A stretch of 45,126 nucleotides of DNA from Guillardia theta CCMP2712 (taxonomy: Eukaryota; Protista; Cryptophyta): the NCBI RefSeq assembly GCF_000315625.1, contig NW_005434439.1, forward strand, positions 1 to 45,126, given 5' to 3'. A program made the position numbers and the translations under genes. Positions 10,303-23,949 of the stretch are shown here, in pieces. The notes beneath the pieces were generated by a model. The model searched no databases. It was not told the DNA's origin and saw only the letters and a program-made list of their open reading frames with translations. How positions within the stretch are numbered: position 1 is the stretch's first letter; each line of letters opens with the position of its first letter.

Positions 10303-13300
10303 ATGATGGGATCAAGTTTCATTTACATATTTCACATCAGAATGCGTTCAACAAGTCATTGATGCGAGCAATCAACATCCTGGCGAGCCGAGAGGACGAG
10401 GGCGAGGAGGAAGATGTGCAGCAGGACGTTGCTGATGCGACAACCCTTGAGGGTGACAGGCAAGCTGATCTCGACGAGTCTGAAATAGCCAGCGGTGAGA
10501 CAAACATCATTTCAAACCTCCTCTGTGCAGATTTCAAACTTCACGATGGCCCTTTCAAACTTAATGATCGCTTTCTGGTTTGTGTTCTCATCGTCTGCCT
10601 CAGATTCGGACGAGTCGTCTTCAGTGGACATGTCACATCTCAACTTGGCCTCGCACCTCCGAGACGACAGGTTTTCGGCCATGATGCTCGGAAGTTCCGA
10701 CGTGCAAGAAGTGTTCTTCAAGTTCTTCAAGGGAGGAGGAAGCAAACCTGGCGCGGCCCTCAAGCTGGAAGACGTCGACGACGACATCACAAAGTTCTCA
10801 GCAGAAGATTTGCCGGCATTGAGGAGATTTCTACAGAGACAGGCTGAGAAAACAAATGCTGCTCCTGCTCACCAGCGCAACGAGGACGACCTTCCGTCCC
10901 ATCGCCGCATGCTGCTGTCCTGCAACCCTCCTGATAGACTTCGGCCCATGAAGAACAAGAGCAGCAAGTTGCTCAAGGTCAGCCCTGATCTACCTGGCCT
11001 TCTCTACCAAGAAGATGTAAGATATGTCAATGTTTGCGATGCTAGGCAGAGCTAACAACATGCACAGACCCTGGTTGTTTACTTTCAAACCATCCAAACC
11101 CTCTTCAAGGAAAACAGCGTCTCCTTGAATTGTACAGGGTTATATGACGGGTGATTTCAACGATTACTCGCCCTCACTCGTTTCTTCTACTGCCTCCTGT
11201 TGCTTCCTACCATCTTTGTTCCTGGCCTCAGACCAACATCATTACCTCCTCCCCTTCCTTTCTCCTGTTCATTGCTTGCCTATTCCTCTGAAAAAATCAA
11301 TCCTCCCCCCCTTCCCCTTCCCCTTCCCCCTCTCCCGCCCTCTCTCCCCCTCTCTCCCTCCTCCTTTCCCTGATCATCACACTCAGACTCTGCACTTTCC
11401 TCATCATGCGGCAAGGAAGAGAAGTCGCCGCGTCAGACGTCGAAGTTGTCAAAGTGCTCGAGAAGTTCGACGAGTCAACGCGCAACCATATCTTTGACGC
11501 GACTTCCAACCAGCAAGTTCTCAGCAGGAGGATGAAATTCCTTCTACTCGCCCTCCCTCGAATCTTTCAGATCAGCAGACACCTGCTGCAAGGATCCTCT
11601 TCCTCGCTACCCTCCTCTTCTTCTCGATCCTCCTCCGTCCTGCTGTCCTCCTTTCCCACTTCTCCCTCTTCTCCCTCCTCCTCTCTCTCCTTTGACAAGA
11701 CTCGAGCATGCTCGGACGACTGCAAGTGCAATCTCTGCTCGCTCTCGGTCCTTCTCCACCTCCTCCGAAGGCCTCTCATGCTTCACTCGCGCTTCCGAGT
11801 CAAACTCACAACCATGGGCTTCGTCCGCATCCTCCAGTCCCTCGTGCTGCTTCGCGGCCACGAACAGCTCAAGACTTCTGCCCTCCGCTGCGTGAGAACC
11901 CCCCCCCTTCCCTCCCCCATCTCCTCCTCCTTCTCCTCCTTCACCTCCTCCTCCTCCTCCTCCTCCCCTTCACCTTTGTTTTTCGACCTCTCGTTCCCGT
12001 TCGCCGTTTCTTACTTATCCTCTTGCTGTTCTAGATCTCAATTTCCTCGTGCTTGCGTTTTGATCGAATGTTAGGTTTACGAGATGTGCAACGACCCTGT
12101 CTGCTTGTCTTTGTTCCCGGCACATGACGGAAACGTATCGATCCTGATCGGACAAGTCGAGAAGTTTTGCAAGGTGAGTGGAAAAATACCTGATTGTATC
12201 ATATCAACACTTTCAATGCTTGCACGCCACTCTTCACACATTCTTTGCACTCATTTCACCTCAACACCCACAATGCGACACTTGCGTCACTTTTGTATTT
12301 ATATGAGAAGTCCAGCACATCCATGCTCTCGTGCTCTTATTCATTTTCCATCAGGAGAATTCGAAGGCAAAAGATCTCAACAGAAGAAAATGGAAAATGT
12401 TGCAAATGATTCTCTTGGTCAAAGTAAGTTTTTTTGGGCACGCTTTTGCTCCTTGGTTGTATCTTCTTTGTGCTCTTCCATTCTTGCTTTTCCTTCCTTC
12501 TCTTCCTCTCCGTCGCGGTTCCTCTCCTCCAGTTCGTTAGTTTTATGCTGCTTAGTTTTATGCTGCTTCCCTTCTCTCCTTGTCAGCTTCCCCTGCTTGA
12601 AACTTCTCCATCTCATATTGGTGCATCTGATTTCAGGCGATATCTTCTGCTGTCTTCTCCTACAGTCAAGCGAAACTCTTTCTCACCTCCAAAGGCTTCA
12701 ACGCCCTCCACAATTTCATCAGAACGCTTCGGATTGCTGACTTGTTCTCGGATTACTCGTCGTCATATTACAGCGTTCGTAAGTCCTCCTCCTGGTCCTG
12801 GTCCTGGTCCTGGTCCTGGTCCTGGTCCTGGTCCTGGTCCTGGTCCTGGTCCTGGTCCTGGTCCTGGTCCTGGTCCTGGTCCTGGTCCTGGTCCTCGTTC
12901 TGTCCCTCCTTCAGTTTCTGCTCCTCCTCTTGAGCATTTTGTCTTGTCTACTGGCGCATCTCTCATCAGCTTTCGTTCAGGGCTTCTGCTGTTCTCTCTC
13001 CACATCGTTGCTGTGAGCTTCTTACAACTTATACTCGTCATCCGCTTCCATCATGCCCTCATTCCATTCCTTCTCCTCCTCTTGCTCTCTTTCCCTCCTC
13101 TCTCCTCCTCCTGGCCTCTGCTTCTCCTCCTCCTGGCTTCTCCTCCTCCTCCTCCTCCTCACGTTGTTCATCTTCTCGCAGTCTGTCCTCCAACACGTGA
13201 CGCGGCTTTGCGATCAAGAGGAGCAGCATATTGAAAACAATCTCGATGACGTAATCAACATCATTCAGACTGCAGAAGATGTACAGAAAGGTGACTTGTC

Positions 13301-14247
13301 TCAAACTTTGACTCGGAAGCTGATGCGATAGCAGAGCTACTTGATAGCGGATATTTGTCCAAAAGTGTGAGTAGCTCACAAAGCCCTCTGTGCTGCTGTT
13401 GCACTCCTGTTTCTCCTCCTGTGATGCTTACCGAACCCTTCTAACTTCCAATGCTCATCATCATCTCCATCATCATCATCATCATCATCATTATCATTAT
13501 CATCTTCATTACCATCAGCAGCAGCTAAATTTTCTTTCCTGCATTTCGTCATCCTTCTTGTCCTTCTCAATCTCCTCCTCCCAATCTCCTGCTGATATTG
13601 CTGTCCACATGCTTTCTTCTCCTCGTACTCTCACACTGGTCTCAGTGCATGGACCTCTGCTGCGTTGTCGACGCGATCCTCATCTTCCTCCTGCGGATCC
13701 CCTCCGCCTCCCAGCGGCTGCATGCTCGCAGGCTTGATCGGCTCAGGGATCTTGACTGGGAGTGGATGAGAAGTAGGGAGATACCCCCCTTTTCTTCTCT
13801 GCGCGTGTGGATGCAGGAGGGGTCCATCACCTGCGACGGAAACCCGTCCTACCGCCGTGCGGTGAAGTTCATGACCAAAACTTTGGCTCCTCCATACATC
13901 CGCTTCCTCTTCGCGCAGATTGACAGGGTGAGGAAATCTGTTCTTGTCAAATCCCCTGCCCTCCCTTTCACACCTTTCAAATCTCTCCTCTCTCCTCTCT
14001 CCTCTCTCCTCTCTCCTCTCTCCTCTCTCCTCTCTCCTCTCTCCTCTCTCCTCTCTTGCTTAACCTCCCACTCCCTTCTCCGCCTAAGCTTTTCCTGTTT
14101 CGTCCCCTTCCCTCGCCTCACAGCTTCCTCCTATATTGCCGCTTTCTCAATCTTCTTATCCTCTGAGCAGGATTCGACTGGTGACTTCGATGCGATGGAG
14201 CTAATGCGTCCCCTTCATGAGCTGTGAGATCTGAGAGTAGAAGCAGG

Positions 14248-14320
<73 letters not shown>

Positions 14321-15043
14321 CAAGGAGCAAGAGCACGAACAGGAACAAGAGCAGGAACAAGAGCAGGAACAAGAGCATGAGCAAGGGCAGGAACAAGAGC
14401 ATGAGCAAGGGCAGGAGCACAAGCATGAGGGATTAAGGTCGATGGCTGAAGCTTCTTCAGGTTTCAGATAGGCGAGAACGAGTTGGAGAAGAACTTCCAA
14501 GCCATGGCTGTGAGACTCTCCTGCTGGCTCCTGCTACTTCCCCTCCCCCTCGTCAACCCTCTACGCCTTTCATCGTCTTGGGCTCCTTCTCTCTATGTTT
14601 TGCTTCTAAGCTCAAGTCTGTTGGACAGGATCCTGGCGTCATGGCAGTCAAGCCAGCAGAATTTGTCCAGGTACCCTTACCGCGCCCGCTCAGACCTGCT
14701 CCTGCTCCTGCTCCTGCTCTTTCCCCTTGCCTTGCTCCTGGATCCCGCTCCGACCTGCACCTGGTTTCCTGCTTCCGCTCATTCCCTTCCTGCTGCTTCT
14801 CAAGTTCCCTTCTTGCTGCTCCTTTTCCGTATATCTTGCTCTCACGCTGCTACTCTGCAGTGGTGGATGTGCACCAGGAACAATCAGGCGATAAGCCAGA
14901 CGAGCAGCAAGTGAGTTAGTCGCTGCTTCCCATCGGCTTCTGCTTCTCTCAACTTGGCTTGTCTTCTCACCTTTTCCTTCAGGGATCTCCTGCGCATGAG
15001 CCATCTGGCCCGCAAGTTCCTCGGGTTGAGCATGAGCCCTTGA
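8050..15043 (+). CDS. Large multi-exon hypothetical protein (helical, possibly ARM/HEAT-like) with a C-terminal EF-hand pair; 5' end uncertain
   Basis: A chain of short exons bounded by ..AG/GT.. sits between microsatellite introns. The last exons splice to FAQIDR|DSTGDFDAMELMRPLHEL|FQIGENELEKNFQAMA|DPGVMAVKPAEFVQ|WWM...SMSP* (stop 15041-15043). It could be more than one gene. Confidence 0.6.
8299..8372. repeat. (TTTGTR)n microsatellite
   Basis: Directly visible hexamer array. Confidence 0.95.
10140..10308. repeat. (GAT)n/(GGT)n microsatellite
   Basis: Long ATG/GAT array, probably intronic. Confidence 0.95.
12790..12895. repeat. (CCTGGT)n microsatellite
   Basis: About 17 perfect copies, starting just after a GTAAGT donor. 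Confidence 0.95.
13983..14055. repeat. (CTCTCCT)n heptamer repeat
   Basis: Directly visible; lies in the intron splitting the EF-hand loop. Confidence 0.9.
14241..14430. repeat. (AGCAGG)n microsatellite with degenerate tail
   Basis: Directly visible, intronic. Confidence 0.95.
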
Positions 15044-15310
15044 CGATTCAACTTCAACGCCGCTAGTAGGAACATGCCGCAGTCACCTGATCCTAGTGAA
15101 GTCAGAAACGACAATAGAGGCATTTAACAAATCCGCCTCAGATAAAGACATAGATAAAAGGAGAGGCAGCGAGAACCTCTACTCCAAACAATAAGAGGCG
15201 GCAACTTTTTTAGACCCCGGGCCCGTCCCGGCCGGCCAGGCTGTTGACTAGTGGGGGTAGTTTTAGTGTAAATGTGTAGGGTGGGTTAGTAGGCTTGAAG
15301 GCTGTGCGGC

Positions 15311-15856
15311 ATGGCAGGGTGGAGGCACAGAGACGCGCAGGCGGTGCTCTGGTTTGCCGTTCCCTTCGGCATGACGATGCTAGGATGGGTGATACGAGAG
15401 ACGATGGAGGTGAGAAATGTCCATATCCATCTCCAACAGTCTTCTTTCTCTCAGACATGTCCATCCACCATAGTCTTCCTTCATCTCTTATCGTCTTCCT
15501 TCTCTTGTTTTCTTTGGTTCCATTCCTACCGAAACCTTCTTGATCATTGAAATCTATCTGCGTTACAATTTCCTTGTGATCTCCCTTCGATTGCGCCTCT
15601 TCACTCACGAACTCTTCTTTTTAACTTGTCCTCTGAACTTTGCGAATCGTGAATGTTCTATGTTAGAGTGGTTCATATGAATTGATGGCACGCAAGCATC
15701 TGACAAACAGAACAGGAGAAGAAGCGATTTCCAGAGCTTGAGGAAGCTTTGTTCAAAGTTGTAAGTGAGGGAGACTTGAAATCACAAGAGGTAACAGGGT
15801 TGCAGATGTTAGAAGAGGAGAAGAAGAAGATTAAGGAGAAGAACGAGGGCAAATAA
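15311..15856 (+). CDS. Small (64 aa) single-TM protein with charged helical tail, unknown function
   Basis: Exons 15311-15409, 15716-15760 and 15806-15856, all phase 0, give MAGWRHRDAQAVLWFAVPFGMTMLGWVIRETMEEKKRFPELEEALFKVMLEEEKKKIKEKNEGK*. Confidence 0.55.
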
Positions 15857-15860
15857 CTCG

Positions 15861-17574
<1,714 letters not shown>

Positions 17575-17719
17575 TGCTGAGCAGTAAGAAAGACGAATGA
17601 GGTCGGACTATGATAGACGTGAAAGCAATGGAGAAGGAAATTTACAGCACCAAATTTGAGCAAGACGAGTGAGAGAAGGCTGGAGAGAGCAGCTGGCAAT
17701 AGACGAGAATAGTTGACGA

Positions 17720-19102
17720 TCAAGGCTTGGCATGCGGGCTGTCTCTACTGCCCGTATTAACGTCCATCCAGATCTTGGAGGAAAGGCTCACTTCCTGCAG
17801 CACTACACTCAGGCTCTTCTGTCTGCTGCCATGTACTCTTACCGCTGAGTTGGGCGGATGCGTCGGGCTCTCTTGCAGTTCATGATGCTCCAACAGCTCC
17901 TCTGACTGTCCAATCCTCAAGCTCAGCCGCCCTCTTCCTGCCCTCTTCATTCCCTCTCCTCCTACCTTCTGAATCCCGATTCTCTTCAAGAATTGAGCCA
18001 TGTACGAGCCCTTTAGCAGGAGGGGCGGTCACGAGGCGGCAAAGCACACAGTGGGGAAAGTGATACGGCAACGAAATCGAGAGCAGTGTGATGATACAAG
18101 TAGGATAGAGGGCGGGGCAAGGGAAGGAGCCGCGTTTACCGGCTGGAGAAAGGCCGGGATGAAAATGCACGCCGGGACGAAGAAGCTGAGAAAGATGTAA
18201 GAGGAAGATCCAACAAGGGAATGATATGAGTCAAAGAAATTCAGCAAGAACAAGTTGAACGAGCAGAAGAGAAGAAGAGAGGACAAGTGAGGCACCAAGA
18301 ACAAGAGGAAAGTAGGAGGAGGCTTACATCATGCTCACGAACACCGCAACGAGCATCTGGCTGGTAGTGACCTGCGATTGTCTGTCAACAAAGATGATGA
18401 AGTAGATTCACTTCACCGAGGAAGGCTCATGGAATGAGACGACTCCCTGGCTGTCGTTCTCGTAGCATACATGACTTCAAGGAGCCAATGTGTCAGGAGC
18501 TAAGTGCTATCCATGTACCAGACTCTAACCTTGTGTTCACGGCGTAGTTGCGAAGCCAAAGCTGAAGAGACGAGCACCAAAGGGGTGAGGGAACGTCTGA
18601 AGAACTGGTTGGTGGTTCTTACATGGCGTCCTCAGTGCTGGGGTCGTTGTAGACGGTAGCTGATCTCTTGGTGCAGATTTCTCTCGCACATACCTTAGGC
18701 ACCATCATCATCATGACAGCAGCCGAAGAAAGGGAACGAGAGACAGCAAGACTCACTGGGTTCCGTTCCATGAGAACCCGCACAGAGACTGAGCAAGCAT
18801 CTTCAGACGGGATTGTACTGCACGTCTTGTTCTGTGCGATTACATAACATCTATCAGCTGTCCACATCCAGTAGTCTTCCTGCGATACAGCCTTCGTCAG
18901 CGAGCACAGGAGCGAGATTGAAGTAAAACCAACCAGTTGCGGGTAGATCCCGAGGAAGAAGAAAAGAAGGAGAACAAAAAAGCCGATGAAGCAAAACAAC
19001 CAGCCTGTCATATTCGCGTGCTATCAGAAATGCTACAAGATTCGCGTCGTCAGCACCTGCTCCCCCCAGAAACGATTCATGCTTGTATTTGATCAACTTC
19101 AT
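17720..19102 (-). CDS. Hypothetical membrane protein: TM, Cys-rich loop, TM
   Basis: Exons encode GWLFCFIGFFVLLLFFFLGIYPQL, a Cys-containing loop (DRCYV..KTCS..DACSV..VCAREICT..VCYEND), a second hydrophobic segment MLVAVFVSMM/IFLSFFVPACIFIPAF, and end ...SPHAKP*. Confidence 0.6.
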
Positions 19103-19439
19103 ATCGCAGCTTATAACTTCTCAGCCATCTCTTGCATGAGGGAATCTGCGAGCGCATACATATGAGATTTCACCCAAGAATGAAAGTTTCATGCATCTTT
19201 ATCTCCTCACTTGACCTGAACTGTCACCGTTTCTTCACTCTCCTTCTATCGAACTCCTGTGATTACCTGCAGACTTGCTGTATTTTCATCAAATCGCCGT
19301 GTTGCCACATGCCCAATCTTCCTGTTTCTCCACCCCTCTCATGATCTCAGGCATTATCGTCGTCTTTGCCTTCTCCCTCCCCCCCCCCCCGCCCCCCAAC
19401 TTCCTCCCCACACGCGCTCTAACTTTCTTCCCCATGTTG

Positions 19440-19990
19440 TAGTCGGCTAACTACATTAGCTCGGGGCTTTTTATTTTATCCAGCTCTAGCTCAATATAAA
19501 ACTGTACCGGGCCATCCATGACAGCTTAAAAGTCCGCCTCAGAGAACCACCCCACCCCACATAGTTCTTTCAGCAGTAGTGAGGGGGGGTACTTACTCGG
19601 GGTCTGGAAGTTCTGTGAGCCTCCTCGTTCCTCTGATACCACCCCTTCATTAAACACCCCCACCCCCTAATCGCCATATTCGTGTCTCAGTAAATGATGG
19701 ATCGGACCCATGACATGGAGACCCCTACCATGGCCCAAGCACCACTGTACCCTCCCAACTTCACTGCCTACCCCACCCACTATTTGATACCTTTTGGGCC
19801 CTAGGAACACCCCTTCCTTTAAGAGATGTCTTCCACCACCCCCTGGTAAGTCTTCACCACCCCTCGTTGGCAACACCCCACCCCTACTTTCATATACAGT
19901 ACCGCCTAATCTTTACCACCATACCACCCATTTTTTCACTACCCCACCTACCAATGTAACTTACCCCTACCTCTGCCCCTGCATGCCTCG
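19440..19990. other. ACCC-skewed intergenic island between divergent genes
   Basis: Dense caccc/taccc words on the + strand; no splice or coding pattern. Confidence 0.65.
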
Positions 19991-20565
19991 CTTGCAATGC
20001 TCGACGCGCGTGTCCTGCTGACGCACTCTTCCTGCTACCCGCTCGGCTCCTGCACGCTATCGCCCCTTCTCCTGCACTTCTACATCCTTCTCACTCCCCG
20101 CCCTCTCGTCGCCCCCCTCCATTCCTCCTTCTACTTCTTCTTCCATTCCTCTCTCCTTTCTTTTTTCACCACGGACCTGTTCCTCTCTTCCTTGATTCTT
20201 TCCCCAACCTGCCATTGAACCATCGTGCTGTGAGACTCATTTTCATTTTTCTTTCCGCTCGCTTTCCTTTTTGCACATCCCCGAACCATAAATTTCATCT
20301 GTATTCTCTCAGCCACATGTCATATCTATGCGAGTTGTAGCTTCTTTCTTACAACAGCCCAGCGCTGCTGAAGGCCCTCATTGTTGCATACTCTGTTCTG
20401 CTGTCTCGGACCAAATAGTAGATCATTTCCTTCTCACTTACTAAAGTTTCTCCTCTGTAGCCATGACTGGCGATTCTTTCTTTCTCACTCTTTTGGCTTG
20501 AAGCGATCTTGACTGACTTCCAACCTTGGTCCGCCAGGAGCGAGGAGTCCAGGCCTGTCATAGCC

Positions 20566-22788
20566 ATGAAGTTCAACCATCTCCTCGTCTTCTCATGCTT
20601 CCTTCTCCTTGGACTTTTGCGCACTCAGGTCAAGTCTCCCTCTCTCCCATCTCGCACTTCGTCTACGCCGCCACTCAGATACTGATTTCTCGTCTTACAC
20701 ATGAATGTCTCAGGGGGCTGGCACAATTTTGGAGAGCAGGCTGAATGTGGAGCTCAATGGACGCAAAGCAAGCATTCCCCTCCGTCTTCGAGGAGGAATG
20801 CCAGTATTCTTCAGCCAGTGAGCTTGAGCAGGCCACGACTTTGTCGCCTTATATGTATCCTGCAGGTCCTTTGGTGGGGGTTTCCCTGGAGGATCTTCTT
20901 TCTTCTCGGGAGGCTTTCCTCCTGGCTTCGAAGGATTTGCTGATGGAGGAGGAGGAGCACCACGAGGAGGGCCTCCACAGAGCGACAACACCAAGTACTA
21001 CAAGCTGCTCGGTGACGAGAACTCCTCGATGCTGGGAGAGCTCAACATAATATGTGACCCTCAGGCATCGAACGAGATGCCTCGGAGCAGGAGATCAAGA
21101 AAGCCTATCGCAAAGCTGCGATCAAAAACCATCCAGACAAGGGAGGTTTGACCTGCCAACTGTTGACAAGTAGTTGTCTGATTCCGTATCAGGTGATCCT
21201 GAGAAGTTCAAAGAGATCTCAACTGCCTACGAGGTTTTCCACTCTCATAACTTCTCATTGTTCGATGTCTCATGGAGATCACGACAGGTCTTGAGTGATC
21301 CTGAGAAAAGGAAAATTTATGATCAGCATGGTGAAGACGCTCTCAAGGAAGGAATGGGAGGTGCTTGAGCCTCGATTCCTCAACAACCACCTTTGTATTA
21401 ACCCTCTCTTGCTGCTTTCAGAGGCAGGCGTAGACCCATTCGAAATATTCAACAATATTTTCGGTGGTGGCGGCGGAAGACCTCGACAGCGCAAGACGCA
21501 AGATGTTATGCACAAGCTTTCTGTGTCACTTGAAGAACTGTATTGTGGGAGCACGAAGAAAATGGCTTTGAATCGCCACATCGCCGATTCGCAAGGAAGG
21601 GTGACAAAGAAGAAAGAGGTATTGCAACCTTTTCAGTCTGTCGCATTTGTGACATCTTCTGGCTGCAGGTACTTGAGGTCCGCATCGAGAGGGGAATGGA
21701 CAACGGAAGGAAGTTGGTCTTCAAGGAGAAGGCGGATGAGATGCCTGGTTCTAAGGCCTTCTGTCAGTCTGCTGCAAGATCTCTTGACAAGCTTGCAGGT
21801 TGTATCACTGGCGACGTCATCTTGATCATCTCTCAGATGCAACATCCGAAGTATGAAAGACTCAAGTAGATGAATTTCTTCGCTCATGTCTCTTCAATCA
21901 GATTCAAACGTGGAGGGGCACATTTGACCATGGAGCATGAATTGAGCCTCAGGTGTGAATATACCTGAAAACAAGCTCCTTGGGGTGTGATGGACCTTGC
22001 GCAGAGAGGCGTTGTTCGGATACGAATTCGCCTTCACACATCTGGACAAACGTCAGGTAGCTAACTGGACCAGTGAGTTGTGGACTCACTGAGAGCATTT
22101 CTAAACAAGGTCATTGTCACGTCACCCAAGGGATGCATTACGCAGCCAGGCTCGTGGGTGTGCGTACAAGTGCGTGCTTGAAGGAAGTGCTTCCCCTCGT
22201 TCTGATGGGTTTGTTCTGCAGGGGGAAGGTATGCCCATCAAAGGCAACCAGTTCAACAAGGGCAACCTCTTCATCCATTTCACGTGAGAGAATATCCCAC
22301 CATGTGCCGTCATGGTAACATTGATGAAATTCCTTGCAGTGTCAAGTTTCCTAGCCCGACCGAGATGGAGCCTGATGTCTGGAACAAGCTTGCCGGCTTG
22401 TTGCCAGCCCCCCAGAGGCTCAAGGTAAATCTCGCGGCAGCATTAGCTCCTTGTTGACTCCCTGCAGCCCCACGATGAAGCTGATGAGCACGTGGCGAAA
22501 CCTTGCACAGAGGTAAGCCAAATGGTCTTCGAGAAAAATTCTGAGATGGTTGGAAGACGGAGATGGCCAAGCAGATTCGGGCTTCAGCTCAGTCGGCATC
22601 GCAGGTCTGTGCTCGTTTCCCATCCATTCGATGGCTGAACCTTGGCAGGGAGGAGACGCAGCAACTGAGGACTCGGAAAGCGAGCACGGCCATCCCTTCG
22701 GAGGAGGAGGCCAACAAGTAAGCCGAGGAGACTTAGCAGGGGAAGGATTTACTTATTTCTATGCTAGGTGCAATGCCAACAACAGTAG
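20566..22788 (+). CDS. dnaJ: Hsp40 of DnaJA/Ydj1 type (J domain, G/F region, C-terminal domains, CaaX) lacking the zinc finger, with an N-terminal signal peptide plus linker
   Basis: [54 protein letters not shown] (HPD motif), VSLEELYCG, GEGMP, GNLFIHF and C-terminal VQCQQQ*. Exon 1 encodes MKFNHLLVFSCFLLLGLLRTQ. Confidence 0.93.
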
Positions 22789-23313
22789 AGACGTCGAGCT
22801 AGTCAACGAGCGTGGAAACGATCGACATAATGTTGAATGTTTTGAAAGTTATCTGATGATTTTCTCGAGGCAGAAATCTGATTCTTGCCTGTGTAAATGT
22901 GAAAGAACTTGGGCCTGTGATGTGTTCCTGCCTCTCCTCACTCATACGCAAGAGGACTGTAAGAGTCTTGTAAAATTCAAGTCTCTGGACATATGCTGGG
23001 TCAGCACACGTTGTACTCTTCACTTGGTGATGAATCTTCCAGATTCATACATTGCTCTTGGATTTACATCAATATTCCCATCTAAACTATCTTCAACATA
23101 GGAAGGACCAAGAAAACATGGACGTGATGAGATGTCTTTGTCATTCGCAGTGATTTCGAGTCATTGGAAGTCGAGAAAACGCAATGAAACCTTCATTGGT
23201 AAATAAAACAATCACTATCATCACCATCACCATCACCATCACAGCCTTATCTACATTCTCGAGACAACGTTTAAATGTTTTACACATATGATACAGTGCA
23301 GCGTTCCTGGAGA

Positions 23314-23664
23314 TTATTTTCCCCAGAAAGGATCCCGTGCGATGAGAAAACGCCTCCTCCTCTTCTCAATGCTGCTGGCAAAGCTGCCAAGTATTGCTGG
23401 CCGTCCCTTCTCGATCTTTGCTTCGCAATCACTGACCGAATCTCCCAGAACGAAGACCTGGTTGTACTTCTTGTGCTCCTTGCACCACTCCGGCAAGCAC
23501 TGCCAGAGCGCCGGCTCGGCAGTGTCGTCGAGGAGGATCGACTGCGAGGAGGTGACGAGGGTAGAGAGGGAGCGGGAGGAGGAGGCAGGCTTGGCAGCAG
23601 CGAGAGCGCGCCTTGCGAGGGAGGAGACAGCCGGGCGTGAGAAGGTAGAAACAAAAGAGACCAT
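23314..23664 (-). CDS. Small hypothetical protein with mitochondrial-type presequence
   Basis: 116-aa ORF whose first ~40 aa are S/A/R-rich and free of acidic residues, ending RSLST; convergent with DnaJ. Confidence 0.6.
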   Translation of the reverse strand: MVSFVSTFSRPAVSSLARRALAAAKPASSSRSLSTLVTSSQSILLDDTAEPALWQCLPEWCKEHKKYNQVFVLGDSVSDCEAKIEKGRPAILGSFASSIEKRRRRFLIARDPFWGK

Positions 23665-23949
23665 GATGTTTGTCAGGACTGTAGAGTGCGGGTATAAGAG
23701 AGAAAGGCGGCGGAAGCGTCCAGGAGGTATCGAGGAAGAGAGGGAGGAGATAGAAAGTGAGGGTCGCGAGTGAGGAGGAGCAGGACTGGCCGAGCTGAAA
23801 TACCAGGAGAGGGAGGCGGAAGGCGAGGGTGGAGAGGTGCAAAGGATATGTGGTCAGCAGTAGACCGAAAAGACATTTTTTGGTAACATTTGTTTTTCAC
23901 TTTTCTTTCTGCTGACAACGACTGAGATCCGACCCTGGGCAATTTGCTT

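Noticed and set aside
10098-10362. Poly-Met and poly-Ile ORFs
   Set aside because: Translations of the (GAT)n microsatellite.
12434-13234. 266-aa ORF with (PG)n tract, elastin/collagen-like
   Set aside because: The (CCTGGT)n array follows a GTAAGT donor and precedes a pyrimidine-rich stretch, so it is intronic.
14118-14500. RS-domain, poly-Leu and Cys-Ser ORFs
   Set aside because: Frames of the intronic (AGCAGG)n repeat.
20714-20797. True ubiquitin-DnaJ fusion
   Set aside because: Only about 26 residues lie between the signal peptide and GG, with no similarity to the 76-aa ubiquitin fold apart from the terminal hexapeptide.
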